A DNA stretch of 64,000 bases from Ranitomeya imitator (lineage: Eukaryota), in the NCBI RefSeq assembly GCF_032444005.1, contig NC_091287.1, forward strand, positions 384,586,001 through 384,650,000, given 5' to 3'. The stretch's first letter is position 1, and every line of letters starts with the position of its first letter. Below are positions 1 to 13,464 of this stretch, piece after piece. The notes below the pieces were generated by a model. The model was not told where the DNA came from and ran no database searches. It was given only the letters and a program-made list of their open reading frames with translations. The position numbers were made by a program, and so were the translations under genes.

Positions 1-239
1 CAGCACAGATCGATCCCCCGCCCCACCCACTATACACTGAAACAGTCTATTAACATTGATAAACCGTTTTAATGTGAAAATCAAGTTAGGCTTTTGGTGA
101 ACGAATGGCTATCGAACAGAAACTCGAACAGCCGAATTTTGAGCTAATTGTTCGAGTTCGTCGAACGACTCGAACACCGCCCATAACAGCTCGAATTTGA
201 AATTTGCGAACAGTTTGATTCGAACACCGCTCATCTCTA
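1..239. mobile_element. Right end of a hAT-type non-autonomous DNA transposon (left part outside the window)
   Basis: Ends in CGCTCATCTCTA (228-239), the reverse complement of the TAG(A/T/G)G(A/T)TG(A/G)GCG terminus shared by the elements at 1293, 17570 and 33018. The subterminal region is rich in CGAAC/TTCG motifs. Confidence 0.65.
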
Positions 240-240
240 C

Positions 241-1067
241 TCTTGAGCACCCAACACTAGACCCCTATAAGCTTGGAGGAAACTGGGTAGAGGGTGTAGG
301 TGGAGAGAGTGTCAGTTAGAGGAGTTGCCATGGAAACAAGAGGGAGGAGTTAGTTAGTAAGTGAGAGAGAGGAGTGAGAGGAAGAGTCTGGGAGAAGCTC
401 CTGAGAGAAGGAAGAAAGGGGTCCTAGGGGCCAGTGAGGATTCCACCCTGGGTGCCCGAATCCACGCCGACCATAGTCGGGTGGAAGGATCAGGTCGCAG
501 TGGGGGAACCGGCCCCCAGACTAGTGGAGGAACTACAAGGCTCAGCTAGCAAGCTGGAGGTTGTGGTATCTGCATGTGCCAAAGCCACAGCCGCACACAT
601 TCGCCAAAAAGGCAGCCACATAGGATCAAGGGGACCAGGAGGATGTCGCCTGACAGGGTCCAAGGCTGCTGGTTTGGGACACTGTGTCTGAAGGCGCAGG
701 GCAGGAGAGGTGGAAACCAGCGCAGAGAGATGGCCAGGGAAGGAACATAAGAAGGGGAGTCTCGGGAAAGTTAACCGCAATTTACCTGAGAGCTGGCTGG
801 ATCACAGACCCGGAGGACACAGCACCAGGCTGAGGACTGCATGTAAGAACTGTGAGTAAAGTGTGGAAACTGCACCCTGCTGTGTCCTCTGAATTATTAC
901 TGCATCACCTGCCCTGCATCACAACATTCACCATCATTGACTTTAGCTCTTTAACTACCCTGGGGCCTAGCTCTACCGAGCTGAAAAATCTCTGCCGCAT
1001 CACCATCTGCCCCAATGGACCTGAACTGCAGCGTTGGCCATTTTCCTATGGCCAGAGTACTCCACAG
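241..1067. mobile_element. LTR-like fragment (probable retrotransposon LTR remnant)
   Basis: GA-rich then pyrimidine-rich non-coding stretch ending in ...CCATACA. Composition resembles the other LTRs in the window. No TSD found. Confidence 0.25.
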
Positions 1068-1292
1068 CCCTAGCAGGCGCTCCATACACTTCCTGGCTTC
1101 AAAGGCGCACTGTGCTTGTCTAGAAGTGAGAAAGACATTTTAAGTAAGAAAGATGCACTGGTGTTTTTTTCAGTGATAGTATTTACGTGAATTATTGTCA
1201 TTTTTAAGAATTAAACTACCTCCACTTTGATACACTGATTTTAATGATGTATTAGCTCTGTAAACTTTAGCAGCACAATCTGGCTTCTTTAA

Positions 1293-2427
1293 TAGTGATG
1301 AGTGAGAATGCTCGCCACTGCTTAATAACTACTCGATCGAGCATCAGTGTGCTAGGGTACTCTTGTTACTCAATTGAGTGTCGCGGGTGCTTGAGCTACA
1401 TGCTCGAGTCCCCATTCCACAGGTTTTGCAGCTGCTAGGGTACATTCCCATAATCAGTGTTTGCTTAGGTTTTCATGCAGCTGAATTTCTGCATGAATCT
1501 TGCATCTCAGCTCACTTGCGGTTTTGCCACATTTTTTAGCTCTCTTTGGTATGTTATTAGATATGCAAAGATATGGAAACATATGGGGTAGACACACAGC
1601 TAGATAGATATCTGTAAGATATATAATTATATCAGGAACTTTAGCAGAAACTGCTATAATTACAGCAACAACTTTACTGGTATTCACAGATGATGTAGAC
1701 AGAATCTGGGAAAGTAGACTACATCCGACCTCTGTGGCAACATTTTGGGTAAGTAATTAGTGAATGCGGACCTGTCTATTGTCTTTATTTTTAAATAAAT
1801 TGGTGAACAAGGGACAGTATAGGGCAGTTTTTATCCAAATAAAGTGTTTTTTTCTCTGTGTGTTTTTATTTTTTATTACCGTGTTAGTTATGGAGGTGTG
1901 TGATAGACACCTCTCCATTACTAACTACAGGTGTCGACAGCTGTGATTTTTGAAAAATCACAGCTGTTATCAACCCCAAATACACCACCACCAGGACATT
2001 TGGGAAGAGTTGGGCAAAGCGCCATGTAAATAGATGCTCCAATTCTGTGGTGGTTGGGGTATTTTTAGGCTGGAAACAGCTGAATAACGAAAGACATTCC
2101 CAACCTAATAATTTAATCACACAGCTGTCTGCTTTACCTTGGCTGGTTATCAAAAATAGAGGGAAACCCACTTTGTTTTTTTTTTGTTTATTTATTTATT
2201 AGGTTAATCCATGTACAGTAAACTGCACATTCACCGCACTAATTATAAATCTCACGGATATCTATCTATATTTGTACATCTAATCACTGAGGTGCAGGAT
2301 TCACGTGCAAATCCAGCTACCTGAAGGCCTGAACACTGAGAATGTACCCTAAAAGCCACAAAACATGCGGGGCCTCGAGCACCGCAATGCTCGATCAGGC
2401 AGTGGCAAGCATGCTCACTCATCATTA
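1293..2427. mobile_element. hAT-type non-autonomous element (MITE)
   Basis: TIRs TAGTGATGAGTGAG (1293-1306) and CTCACTCATCATTA (2414-2427, 1 mismatch). No clean TSD. Confidence 0.6.
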
Positions 2428-2462
2428 ATCTTAAGGTGTGAGTTTGAAATCCACTGGAATCA

Positions 2463-2655
2463 AAGGGGTAAGGTTTCTCCTTGTAGAGTGTGACAAGCCA
2501 GGCCTGGCATGTCAGAGTGAGATGACTTATACGCCATGCATGCTCCTCTGGGAAATAAAATATGCAAAATGCATTTCTGAAAAGTATAGAAGTTTTCTCA
2601 CTCTGACATGCCAAGCTTGGCTTGTCACTCTCCTCAAGGAGAAACATTACCCCTT
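2463..2655. repeat. Inverted repeat with 59-bp arms (2463-2521 / 2597-2655) and a 75-bp spacer, just upstream of a hammerhead motif
   Basis: Arm 2 matches the reverse complement of arm 1 with about 6 mismatches by eye. Confidence 0.8.
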
Positions 2656-2701
2656 AGATCCCAGTCTTAGTCCTCTCATCTAGGCAAACAGATCTCATAC
2701 T

Positions 2702-2744
2702 TTGCGCTGATGAGTGGAAACACCATGAAACACTATGTCTGCAA
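2702..2744 (+). ncRNA. Minimal type I hammerhead ribozyme motif (Penelope/retrozyme type, degenerate)
   Basis: TTGCG-CTGATGA-GTGG(AAACA)CCAT-GAAA-C(ACTAT)GTC-TGCAA. Both core boxes are present, with a 4-bp stem II, a 5-bp stem I and a GUC cleavage triplet. Confidence 0.7.
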
Positions 2745-2856
2745 TTGAGATTCTGGTTTGGCTTTTATCCTAAGTCATATGGCAAGACTCGCTAAAGGTT
2801 CTATATTGACTTTTAGGATTGCCTCTTCCAATAGTGACACTATAGTTCAAGTCCTC

Positions 2857-3343
2857 TGTCATTGTCTATATGAATGTTCAGGGGTTAATGTTTTTGGCCT
2901 CCTTCTGGTTGTGGGAGGGCTTTAAATAGCCTCTTTTGGGCTCTGTCTGTTGTCAGTGATACTTTTGTCCTCAGCTGAGTTACTGACCCATGTATCTGTG
3001 AATACTGTTTGCTCTTTATTGCTTGCTTGTGTATGATCCAGTCTGTTCACGTTTCTGAGTGTTGCCCTCTGATTCTGTACCTCATGTATCTCTCTGGCTA
3101 GTTGTTGACCACATCCCTGTTCTCTTCCTTCGGTAACCGCACCATACGCTGGTTTGACCCGCTCCTGTCTGACAAATCTTTCGGCTTCCATAGCCAGTGC
3201 TCTGCTGTCTGGGGCTCCAGGGTTAGACCACTCCCCCAGCAGTCACGTGCTTCAGGTCCTGTACACCTGTTGCACGTCTCACCACCACAGCTGCACCACA
3301 ACCCAGGAATCTCCAGGCTCTGCGGAGTGCAGTATCCATGACA
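2857..3343. mobile_element. Solo-LTR-like element
   Basis: TGTCAT...ATGACA termini and a TTTAAATAG TATA-like motif. Flanks match only partly (TCCTC vs TCCAA). Confidence 0.35.
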
Positions 3344-3524
3344 TCCAATTCCTCTCTTATGTGCGCATTTTCCCCATAGAATTGCATTAGATGCAGATAA
3401 TCCACAAGCAAAAATATGCATTCAAAACACGCTAAAAACACATGTAATCTGTCCATGACTGTAATAGATCCCTGTGTGGCCTATTTATATATATTATAAA
3501 AAAAACAAAAACAAACAAACCAGG

Positions 3525-3879
3525 TTCCTCGCATCATGTTCTCATTCACTTTATGCAGTTAATAGCCCGCTGTGTCTGTACTGCTACATACTTAGGCAGT
3601 TAACTGGTTCATGCAGCTTTACATGAACACCCGAGCCTTACACTATGGCCGGTCCGAATAACTAAAGCAATTGTTACCATCCACCTCTCGTGTCTCCCCT
3701 TTTCCTCATAGTTTGTAAGCTTGCGAGCAGGGCCCTCATTCCTCCTGGTATCTGTTTTGAACTGTATTTCTGTTATGCTGTAATGTCTATTGTCTGTACA
3801 AGTCCCCTCTATAATTTGTAAAGCGCTGCGGAATATGTTGGCGCTATATAAATAAAAATTATTATTATTATATTATAAT
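3525..3879 (+). mobile_element. L2/CR1-group LINE 3' end
   Basis: Ends GTAAAGCGCTGCGGAATATGTTGGCGCTATATAAATAAA followed by an (ATT)n tail. Homologous to 47783-48067. Confidence 0.75.
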
Positions 3880-5699
3880 AGATGCAGAACTGTTACAGAA
3901 TATTTCACCAACACTCATTGTGGGAACTTAGCCTTAAAGTGTGAACGGTATCCAACAATTTTCCTTCTCTATTGAGTGTGCAGAGTATTTTGTTTAAAAG
4001 GAATCATCGGACATTATTCACAAAGTTTAGTTTTTATAACAAATCTCTATCTGGTAAATCTGACAGTATGGTTTCAGATAGTACCTTTTGAATAGAAAAA
4101 AATATGTATTTCTTGATAACTAGAATTGCTAATTTTACCAACACAAATAAATAGTTATCTGTTAAGGGCATTAGAGGTGTATTTTAGGCTATGACTGTAT
4201 ACATGTGCATGAATGTATTAATAAATATGGGCAAACAAACCATATTGATGGCCCTGTAATTCAAACTGACTTTACTTAGTGTTATTGCAGGATAGTTTAG
4301 AAAATGCAGAAAATCATTCCTGTAGCCCACACTGTTGTTTGTATTATATTAAACTTTAGAAAGTTATTGAAGGTTATCTAAAATGTTATTTAAAGAGAAT
4401 CTAAAAAAAAACAAGTATTTGATTGTAATACTTAATTAGGGATAATGAATGATCTTTTCATCCTTGTTGTTTTCTATGTACTTACTTCGGAAAAGGGACA
4501 CTTGTATGTCTCGAGCGTTGTCATTTATATTGAAATAAATGGAAAGTAGAGAAAAATGGCTGGTAGTACCCACAGCACTAGATCAATTAGTTTTTGGTTA
4601 AAATTATTTATTTGTGTGTAAATATTGCACCTATAGGGGTAAGGGACATAGGGTAAGGGAGGATTTTTGTCTTCTTCACATAGTTTCCTAATTATTTCAA
4701 AAACAGAAAATTGCTCCTTAGGTTACTTGCAGAGGAATGTATTTTTGGTCCAGATAATACATGGACCCAATATTAGCCGATATGCTATGACAAGTTGTAT
4801 AATCTGTTCCGATTAGTGCATATAAATATCAGGAAGCTCCGGCACCTGTTAAGTCCATAATTTGTGCATGTGACTGACCTAAATTTTAAAATGTCCAACT
4901 GAACTAAGGCATATGCAGTGATAGATGTACAGTATATTGGGAGCACTGGAGGCAGAACTAGTGTCTGTAATCCACATGATTCGCATCTTTGACTTTTCCT
5001 CTGCAGCGTTTTGATAATGCATTTTCATTCCTAGTGCTTGATGAATGAGACTTACGTTAACATTTCTGTTCGAACATTTTATTTGTCGGTTTTAAGAACC
5101 GAGAATCGGAATTATTATAAAAAACAGATCTTTTCCATAACTGATTAAAATGATGGATGGTTATTATGGATTTCGTAATTTGCCATTTTCTAGAAAGGAA
5201 TAACAAATTCTGAATGTTGCGGTTTTTCTTCCTTTTTAAAAACAGACACATAAAATGAGTCTTACAAAGCCGACTGGTAAAGACTGCTACCTGTTCAATG
5301 TAAAAAATAAAGTTCTGGAAGAAAAAATCCTGTTGGTTCAGGATAGTCATAGGCATGAGTGCATAACAGTTGTCTGGGACAGTAAAGGTCTAAAGCATAC
5401 ATATCATTATTAAGGACTTATTCACACATGAGTATTTGGACAGTATTTCATCAGTGTTTGTATGTCAAAACCAGGAGCGGAACTTAGAGAGAAAAACTAT
5501 AATTGAAAGATTGACACTTGGTCTGTGTTTTGGAGACACTCCTGGTTTTAACATAGAAATACCGATCAAAATAACTAGTGTCTGCATAAAGTCTACTATT
5601 GCGAGGTTATGTATCATTATTAATAGTTAAATGTTGAAATTCTGTATATTGTATAATAAAAACATATCCTCCACCGCTAGAGTATGCACAGCGCATTTG

Positions 5700-6550
5700 G
5701 ATTTTTACAACGGCTGTGGGATTTAACTACCCCCTTAGCAACTAACCCCAATTTTTCAAATATGACATTTGTCACCTTATGTGGTAGTAACTCAAGAATG
5801 TTTCTACCGGTGATTCTGAAATTGCTTATTTGTGACACATTGTACTTTATGTTAGTGGGAGATTTAGTTCCATGAGTTTTGCGTTTATTTATGAAGATAT
5901 TAGAAACTTGATGAAAATGTAGAAAAGTTAACAATATTCAAATTTTGAATGTTTATTCCCTAAAACCAGTCATACTAAACAAAATAGTTAGTAAATATCA
6001 TTAGCCTCAGCATCATTTTTCAAATGTCCTTTTATTTTGCTACGATGTTTTAAAAATTAAAATCTTATCAGCAATTTTTTATTTTTTTCAAAGAAATTTG
6101 CAAAACTTATTTTTAAGGGCCTCTTCAGTACCCCAAAAGTGATACCACTTTTAAAACTGTACACTCAAAGTTCTCAAAACTGCAGTCAGAATATGTCTTA
6201 AACCTTTAGTGTCTCACAGGAATTAAGGCAAATTGGAATGAATGAAATGAAAAAGGACATTTTCTCCACTGTAAGGTGGCCAATATCAACAAGCCATCAT
6301 AGCGGACAGACCCTGCAGTCATTACTTAGCTTCGAGTTTCCATGGCAGCCATCAGGAGCACATGATTGCGATTTCAGTGTGCCGATAGTGTTAAAGATGG
6401 AGTTTCCTCTGTTAACCACCTAGATGCCATTGTTGCTTTTCACTGCAGCATTTCGGAGTTTAAACACCCACAATGATTGCTAATACTGATCATTGTCAGT
6501 GCAGCAGGATGTCAGCTTTCGTGCACAGCTGCCAACTGCTGCATTTTTAC
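5700..6550. mobile_element. Internal fragment of a large non-autonomous DNA transposon (piggyBac-like family)
   Basis: AT-rich internal motifs (e.g. ACCCCAAAAGTGATACC) resemble the TTAACCCCTT-type elements at 9591 and 20035. Termini not identified. Confidence 0.3.
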
Positions 6551-7581
6551 CCATCATGGGGTTCTACTTTCTTATTTCTTAGGTCACAAAAAAGGCACAT
6601 CGGTGCATCGGTGGTCACTAGCTACATTACCATTACATTAACACATTATAGCTAATATTATTTAGCTGTATACTTGCTAAAATTAGCTATAAGGTACAAG
6701 GTAATAAGAATTTTATCATACTCTATAAATAAAGTTTAGGTCTGCTTTTTCACCTGTCCAAAGTTAACTGGGCTCCAATTGATTAGACAACTGCCCACAA
6801 GCCCATGTTTTCCAGAGTTGAGGCATGATTTATGACATAAAATACCTTCAAATTGCGCAAAAATAATGCCACTTTTAGCATATAAGGGCTCTTTCACACA
6901 TCCTGACATTTCCTGTACCAGAAAAACAAGTACCAAAGTTATCAGTGTACATGTGTAAAATACTTGTGGCATACATTTGGCAACATTGTGTCACCCGTGT
7001 GATGCATCAGTAATATACATACCGGCCCCTAGGAAGCAGCGGTACTGTTTGCGCTGTTCCCCGATGCTGTATGCTGAAGACAGCTCTCATCGCAGGGTTC
7101 CCTTGCATTTTTGATAACCCTCAGCTCTCAGCTTCAGCAAGGCTGGTTATCAAAAATAGAGGTGTCCCCACGCCATATTGTTTAATTATTTAAGTAAAAA
7201 TTTAATTATTTAAATAATTATTTAATCGTTTAAATAAAAAATATTTAAATAAAAAAAATGTAAAAAATTGCATGGGATCCCCCATTTTTGACAATCAGCC
7301 TTGCTAAAGCAGACAGATTGTGGCTGATATTCTTAGCCTGATAGGCGGTCATTGATATTGGCGCCCCCAAAGCCTAAAAATAGCAGCTTGCAGCCACCCA
7401 GAAAAGATTAGATACGACAATTCTGCCGCTTTGACCGACACTCCCCACTTGCCCTCTGGGCTTTATAATTGTGGGGCTAATGTCCCCTTTGTTTTGTCCG
7501 GTGACATCCAGCCCAGGGATTAGTAATGGAGGGGCATCTATCAGACGCCTCTCCATTAGCAATCGTATAGTTGTACTGTAA

Positions 7582-8032
7582 AGGTACCGTCACACTCAGC
7601 GACGCTGCAGTGATATAGACGACGAGCCGACCTAAACTAGATCGCTGGAGCATCGCTGTTTAGGTCACTGTAGAGACATCAAACACAGCAACTCCAGAAC
7701 GATGCTGGAGTGATCCAGTGACGTAACGGCGACTCACTTCTCGTTCTCGCTGATTGTTAGCTCCATGTCAAACAGCCGGAATGTACCGATCCGACACACA
7801 TCTAGGGGCCCTATGCTCGTTGCTGGCGTCGTTGCTTTTGATGTCAAACATGACGATATACGCCGACCTGGTGACGAAGTAAAGTTCTGGACTTCTAGCT
7901 CCAACCAGCGATGGCACAGCGGGATCCAGATCGCTGCTGCGTGTCAAACACAACGAGATCGCTATCCAGGACGTTGCAGCATCACGGATTGTTGTCATTC
8001 TCTTTGCAAAGTTGCTGAGTGTGACGGTACCT
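7582..8032. mobile_element. MITE (PIF/Harbinger- or Kolobok/T2-type)
   Basis: TIRs AGGTACCGTCACACTCAGC / GCTGAGTGTGACGGTACCT flanked by TAA on both sides. Confidence 0.75.
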
Positions 8033-8665
8033 TAAATAAATACACAGCAAGTATATAGTCTTTTATTTGACATAAAAACAAAACACACTTTTCCATTTTC
8101 ATTTAAAAATGACAAACACCGTTATACTCACCTAACACCTATTCCATTGAAGTTCTTATCTCCTGTAGTAAAACAAAAAACAATATCCCTCATCTGTCCA
8201 TCATTCTGTCCAACACTATAATCCATGTGTGGGGATAAATAGTTTTCAACCTGGATGGTTCCAAGATGCGACCGTCCAGACTGAAAACCACTAATGAATG
8301 AGCTGCTGCAAGTGCAGTATTAGTGAGCAGGGGTGACCTCATCGAGGTTACCGCAGGTCACTGTGGCTGCGTTCCCAGCCGTGCTGAACTGCGGTGACCT
8401 CAGCACCATGAGAAAAAGTCAAAGAGTTCATTCATTAAACGGGTTGTCTGAAGATGAGATAAAGTGGCTTTCCTTATATAATTACAGCTGCAAATGTAAG
8501 ACATATAGCTCCAGAGACCTGCGTGGAAACTGACAAGAGCAAAATTCAGTTGTCTGCTGTCCAGGGAGCAAGGCTGTCAGATATGAAGAAATATATCTCT
8601 TCCTCGCTGAGCACAAATGGGGTTATTTCCAGCTTCATCCTCCTCAATGTTTATTTCTTTTCCAG

Positions 8666-8762
8666 TTGGGCACAGTCAGTCTCTGTGAACTGCTATAAAG
8701 CTGTCAAATTGATGGAGGAGGAGAGGGAAGATGAATTTGGAAATCTCCTTGCCAAAAACAAG
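8666..8762 (+). CDS. Candidate host-gene exon (unidentified; ...MEEEREDEFGNLLAKNK)
   Basis: Acceptor tttatttcttttccAG, donor AAG|GTGGGT, one open frame, in non-repetitive sequence. Product not recognised. Confidence 0.3.
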
Positions 8763-9590
8763 GTGGGTTAATACAGGTTTCTTCACATATTGCAGTGATG
8801 CTCCCATTTGCCAATGGGGTATGTATGATATATGGTAACTCTTATCAGTTGTGATCTACATCTCGGGAGCTGGTTTGCAGCTTGTATTGACACTTGAATG
8901 TGACAACGGGCTGCACTTTGAGTTATATGAGGGACCCCATTTTATTCCCATCGGGCCCTTGGTGTATTAGTATATGTGGAGTAGTGTAAAATGATGAAGA
9001 GTAAATAGACAATTGACTATTAAAATTATTTATAAATTCATATGTAATTCCATAGACTAATATGGGCTGCATTAAATCTAAACCACAATACAAAGCAGAT
9101 TTCAAGGGCTCTAATATATTCAATCACTTCTATGGATTATCAAATTTCTTTTACTTGCATAAACGGTATATTTTAAACTAAAGCTAAACTGAACAGCTCA
9201 TTATGATAAAAGTTGTGTTCTTCTACCACTGTTCATTTAGCTCTCCAGATGGTTTCATTATACTTAGGCAATGTGAGAAAATAAGATATGTGATTTCTCT
9301 TCCTAATCCCTTCATTGCCAGACAGAAGGCCTAAGCAACAAAAGAAAGTAAAGTAATTTATCAAGGTTAATTTTTGCTATCTCATCCGGTGAAGTACCAT
9401 ATTCTGCAAAACATTAATACAGAATAAACTCATTGTTGCAGAATAACTTCAATTTTCATTGCAAGTATATCTAGCTGCATAAAACCCACATAAATTCTAC
9501 AAAATAATAGTAAATTATCGATTTGGTGAAAGTTGGTGTGTTTAATTAAAAATGACAAATGAAAATACATTTTAATAGGCTTATTATTAA

Positions 9591-11960
9591 CTTCTTCATG
9601 ACCTTGGACATACCCAGTACATACTGATTGGGAATGACTTCTTGACTTAGGACGTACTGGATATGTTCTGGCAATTTTGCGCTCACAGAAGCTGTGCGCA
9701 TGTGATCGTCACCGGATGTTCAGAATACATTATAACTGACAACTGGCTCTCACTGCCAAGGGCGATGCCCTTACCTCTCCCAGCAGTTTAAACCTCTAAA
9801 TGCTGCAATCAATATTGATAGCAGCATTTAAAAGGCAAGGAGAGGGAGGGGCTTCCTCTGCCCTCCGATTGGTGTCCCGCAACATCATTGCGGGGGCTTG
9901 ATCATTGCCATGGTGACCAGATCAGTGTACCCATAAATTTGCAATTTTATGTAAAAAAGAAATAAACAAAAAAAGCAGACATATTTGCTATTGCTGCATC
10001 CAGAATCACCCGCCACATAAAACTGTTATACTAGTTAACCCCTTCACTGAACACTGTAAAAAACGTAATAAAAAATAGGGCAAAAAGTTATGTTTTGTCA
10101 TCATACCACTGAAGAAAAAGTGGAATAAAATGCAATCAAAAAGAAGAATGTAAATAAAAATGGTAAAAAAACGTCATCTTGTCCCAGAAAATACAAGCCG
10201 CCATACAGCTTCATCTCTGGAAAAATAAAAAAGGTATAGCTCTCAGAATAAAGCAGTGGAAAAATAACTATTTGTTATATAAAATAGTTTTTGTTGTGGT
10301 TTCACTGTAATCATACTAACCTGAAGAATAAAACTGCCTTATCAATTTTACCACACGCGGAACAGCATAAAAAAATCCCCCCCCAAAAAAATTCCTGAAT
10401 TGCTGGTTTCTGTCCATTCTGCCTCCCAAAAATTGGAATAGAAAGTGATCAAAACATGTTAGTTGCCTGAAAATGGTGCCAATAAAAACGCTAACTCATC
10501 CCATAAAAAAAATCAGCCCTCACATTACTCTGCAGGCCGAAATATAGAAGAATTATAGCTCTCAAAATATGGTAATGTAATAAAAAGCATCTTTTAGTGT
10601 ATAAGAGCAGCCAAACATAAAATTAAATATAAATCTAGTATCATTGTTAACCCACCGACCTGAAGAATAAAGTCGCCTAATCACTTATATTGCATGAGGA
10701 ATGGTGGAAAAAATTAATAAAACCAATTCTTCACCTGCTGCTGATTTTTTTTTTCCTGCCTCCCAAAGATTGCAGTAAGGCTCAACGTACATGTATCCTG
10801 TACAATGAGCGCTGACACTGAGGTTTCCATGTAAATCTCTGAAATACATGATTCAGATGAAAACCCTGTATCAAAATTCCCTATAATGAGACAAATGGAG
10901 ACACTGTGGATGCAGTCTGGCATATGATCCTGTGGTGTCCTTCTTTTAAGGTATGAATAAAAGCAGAGTCGACTACAGTTTTGTGCACTTCTGTAAAGGA
11001 CACCGTTGAACAGAGCCCAGATGGAGTCCAGAGTAACTCTGCTGCCTCATTATAGTGAATAAATCCCTCAGGGGTTTCATCTGAATCACGTCACTCAGAG
11101 ATTTAGATGGAAACCCCAAAGTAAGTGCTCAGCATAGAGCACAGGATAAAGGTGATTCAAAATGTTATATAAAATGCTCTCAACAAAAGCTTCAACTCAA
11201 TCCACAAAAAAAGCAAGTCCTTACTCAGGTCCGTCTACTGTTAACGGAAATATAGGGGGCTTCCAGGTTAATGGTAGTGCAAATGATAGTCTACCTAATT
11301 TATGGGTGCATGTCTCCAGAAGCATGTGCTGGGCACTACAACATACTAGGGACTGCAATGTACTGGACAATACAATGGCAGATTTCCAATTTTCACTCAG
11401 CAATATCCGCTGCTGCTTGCTTCTGAAAGGCACTCCTGGAGTCAAAATCATTACTTCACCTGTAGATAAATTCCCAAAGGGGTATAATTTCCTAAATGGG
11501 GTCACTTAAGGGAGGATTCTGCTCTTCTAGAACTTAGAACTTATGAAGTCCGCAAACTATTCAAGGAACCTCTGTTCCATGAGACAAATAGCGCTCCTAC
11601 CTCCCGAGTCTCGCCATATGACTAAACCGTGCTGTACAGCCACAAATGGGGTATTTTGACATTCAGCAGAAATTGTGAGACAAATTTTGGTGCCATTTTA
11701 CCAATTTCCCAGTATGAACATGTCAAATCGAGGGCTAAAAAAATCTGCTGGTGGTAAAAATGGAATTGTTTTTTCTTCACTGCCCAATGGTATAGCATTC
11801 TGTGACACACTGGTGGCGTCAGAATGATCATCCCTAGATGAATTCATTGGGGGGTGTAGCTTTTAAAATGAGGTCACTTATGAGGGGTTTCTGCTGATCC
11901 ATGGCATGGCACCCTCAAACATTTTCAGCAACATCTTAACTCCAATATGGTACTTCTTCC
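9591..11960. mobile_element. Large piggyBac-like non-autonomous element (decayed)
   Basis: Starts TTAA-CTTCTTCATGACCTTGGAC, a degenerate form of the TTAA-CCCCTTCA terminus. Contains internal repeated motifs (GAAGAATAAA..., AATGGGGTCACTTA). Right end approximate. Confidence 0.4.
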
Positions 11961-12429
11961 CTTCTGAGCTTTATTATATGTTATCTTTTTGTTTTGCCGT
12001 TATGCCAGAAAGGCCATGTTTACTTTGCTGAACCCTGCTATGGTTTAGGCTGTTCAACAATAAACCAGCAGGTGATTTACCACAAGAAGCTTTCCTGCGT
12101 CTACCTTTGGCAGCAGTTTAGTGAGTCAACCCCTCACACTATTTAATGCCATGATCTGAAATATTTTCTAGGATACATGGATTACAAATTCTCTAACTAC
12201 GCTATCTAATTACTTTTCTATTTTTTCCTACTTCTTTTTAATGATGCTTCATTTGAGAATCCCAGTGCATGCTGAGATACTCAAACAAAGTGTCATCATA
12301 GGGCAGAGGATGTGGTCACTGCTGCAGTGTCTGCCCCCTGCCTGCAATGAAGCGACACCGGTGATGCTCATTTCAAGGGCCAATCAGATGTCTCCCTGAT
12401 GGTATTTCATGATGCATATGTATCTGCTT

Positions 12430-12760
12430 GTACCTCTTAGCATTCATTATACCACTAATCTTGACCAAATTCCCATTTTCATTTCCTGAAATACAGCCCC
12501 AAACTTGCCAGGAACCTCCAACATGCCAACAAACCGCCTTTTGTTATAGCCAAACATTTCACATTTTGACTTTTCTGTCCAGAGTATATGTTGCCATTTT
12601 GTGCACCCCAATTCTTTTTTTTTGTGCATAGTTGAGTTTCTTGACTTTGTTTTGATGTTGATTGTACCACTTTTAGACAGACTTCAATGGATAAATATAG
12701 CTGAGTTCCAGTTTTGAGCTGATGGCATTGCTGGGCATGTTCCAATTTTGAAGGAAAGTA
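12430..12760 (-). pseudogene. Tc1 transposase fragment
   Basis: Minus-strand translation KWQHILWTEKSKCEMFGYNKRRFV resembles the Tc1 W..VLWSDESKFE.FG catalytic motif. Confidence 0.6.
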
Positions 12761-13464
12761 AGTATAATGTGTTTTTCATCTGTTTCACTAAGTTTCCTTG
12801 ATCAGCCACCGTGACTTAGGTCCTTAACATTCCCCATTTCTTGGTATCCTCAATGCCAATGCTTGTGTAACCTTGTTTGCTGGGTTGGTGTACTGCGGTG
12901 CACAATAGCACCCCTCTACCCTGGGTGGGGGAAGAGAACAGACAGAGGGCTTACTATGGAGATAAGGCAAGGGTGGAGCCGCCACCATCTTAAACTTCAC
13001 AATGATTCTGGGAAATATGGCGAGCTAGGGTGCACCCTAGTGGTAAGGACAGGGAAGGGGTCCCTGGTCCCGGATCACCCGATAACTGTATTGTGACACT
13101 GACACTTTCCTTCATTCACCATTTTTTTAAAAATAAACATGCAGGTCCAACTTAGCCCAGGGAATACGCTGTAGTCCACAAATGGAAAACTGAAAAACAT
13201 AAAAAGAGAGAGATAAGACAAAGCACCATCCCTCGGTCACCAATTCATTAGAAAACAAAATGTTCCCTCGCAGATCCAAAGTAGTCCATGGTGTTCTGAT
13301 CCCTGAATCTGACATCCAAAGGCTATGCAGCCCCATTCAGAGAACAAGCTCCATATGCTGTAGGAGCAGCCACTCTGTGTCCCATTGGGCTTGGCGAGAC
13401 CCAGTAGCTACACTGCTCATCAGATTCACTGAATCTTGCTGCACTCTGCAAAGTCGTCCCACAT

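Noticed and set aside
5246-5276. Extra upstream exon (strong acceptor, CTG|GTAAAG)
   Set aside because: Its only open frame is not phase-compatible with the 8666 exon, and it cannot be supported without transcripts.
12670-12760. Candidate + strand exon ending in GAAA|GTAAGT
   Set aside because: All frames from the plausible upstream acceptor are closed, and the region is better explained as a minus-strand Tc1 fragment.
12866-13098. TGTAAC...GTGACA segment as a solo LTR
   Set aside because: No TSD and only 233 bp, so the support is insufficient.
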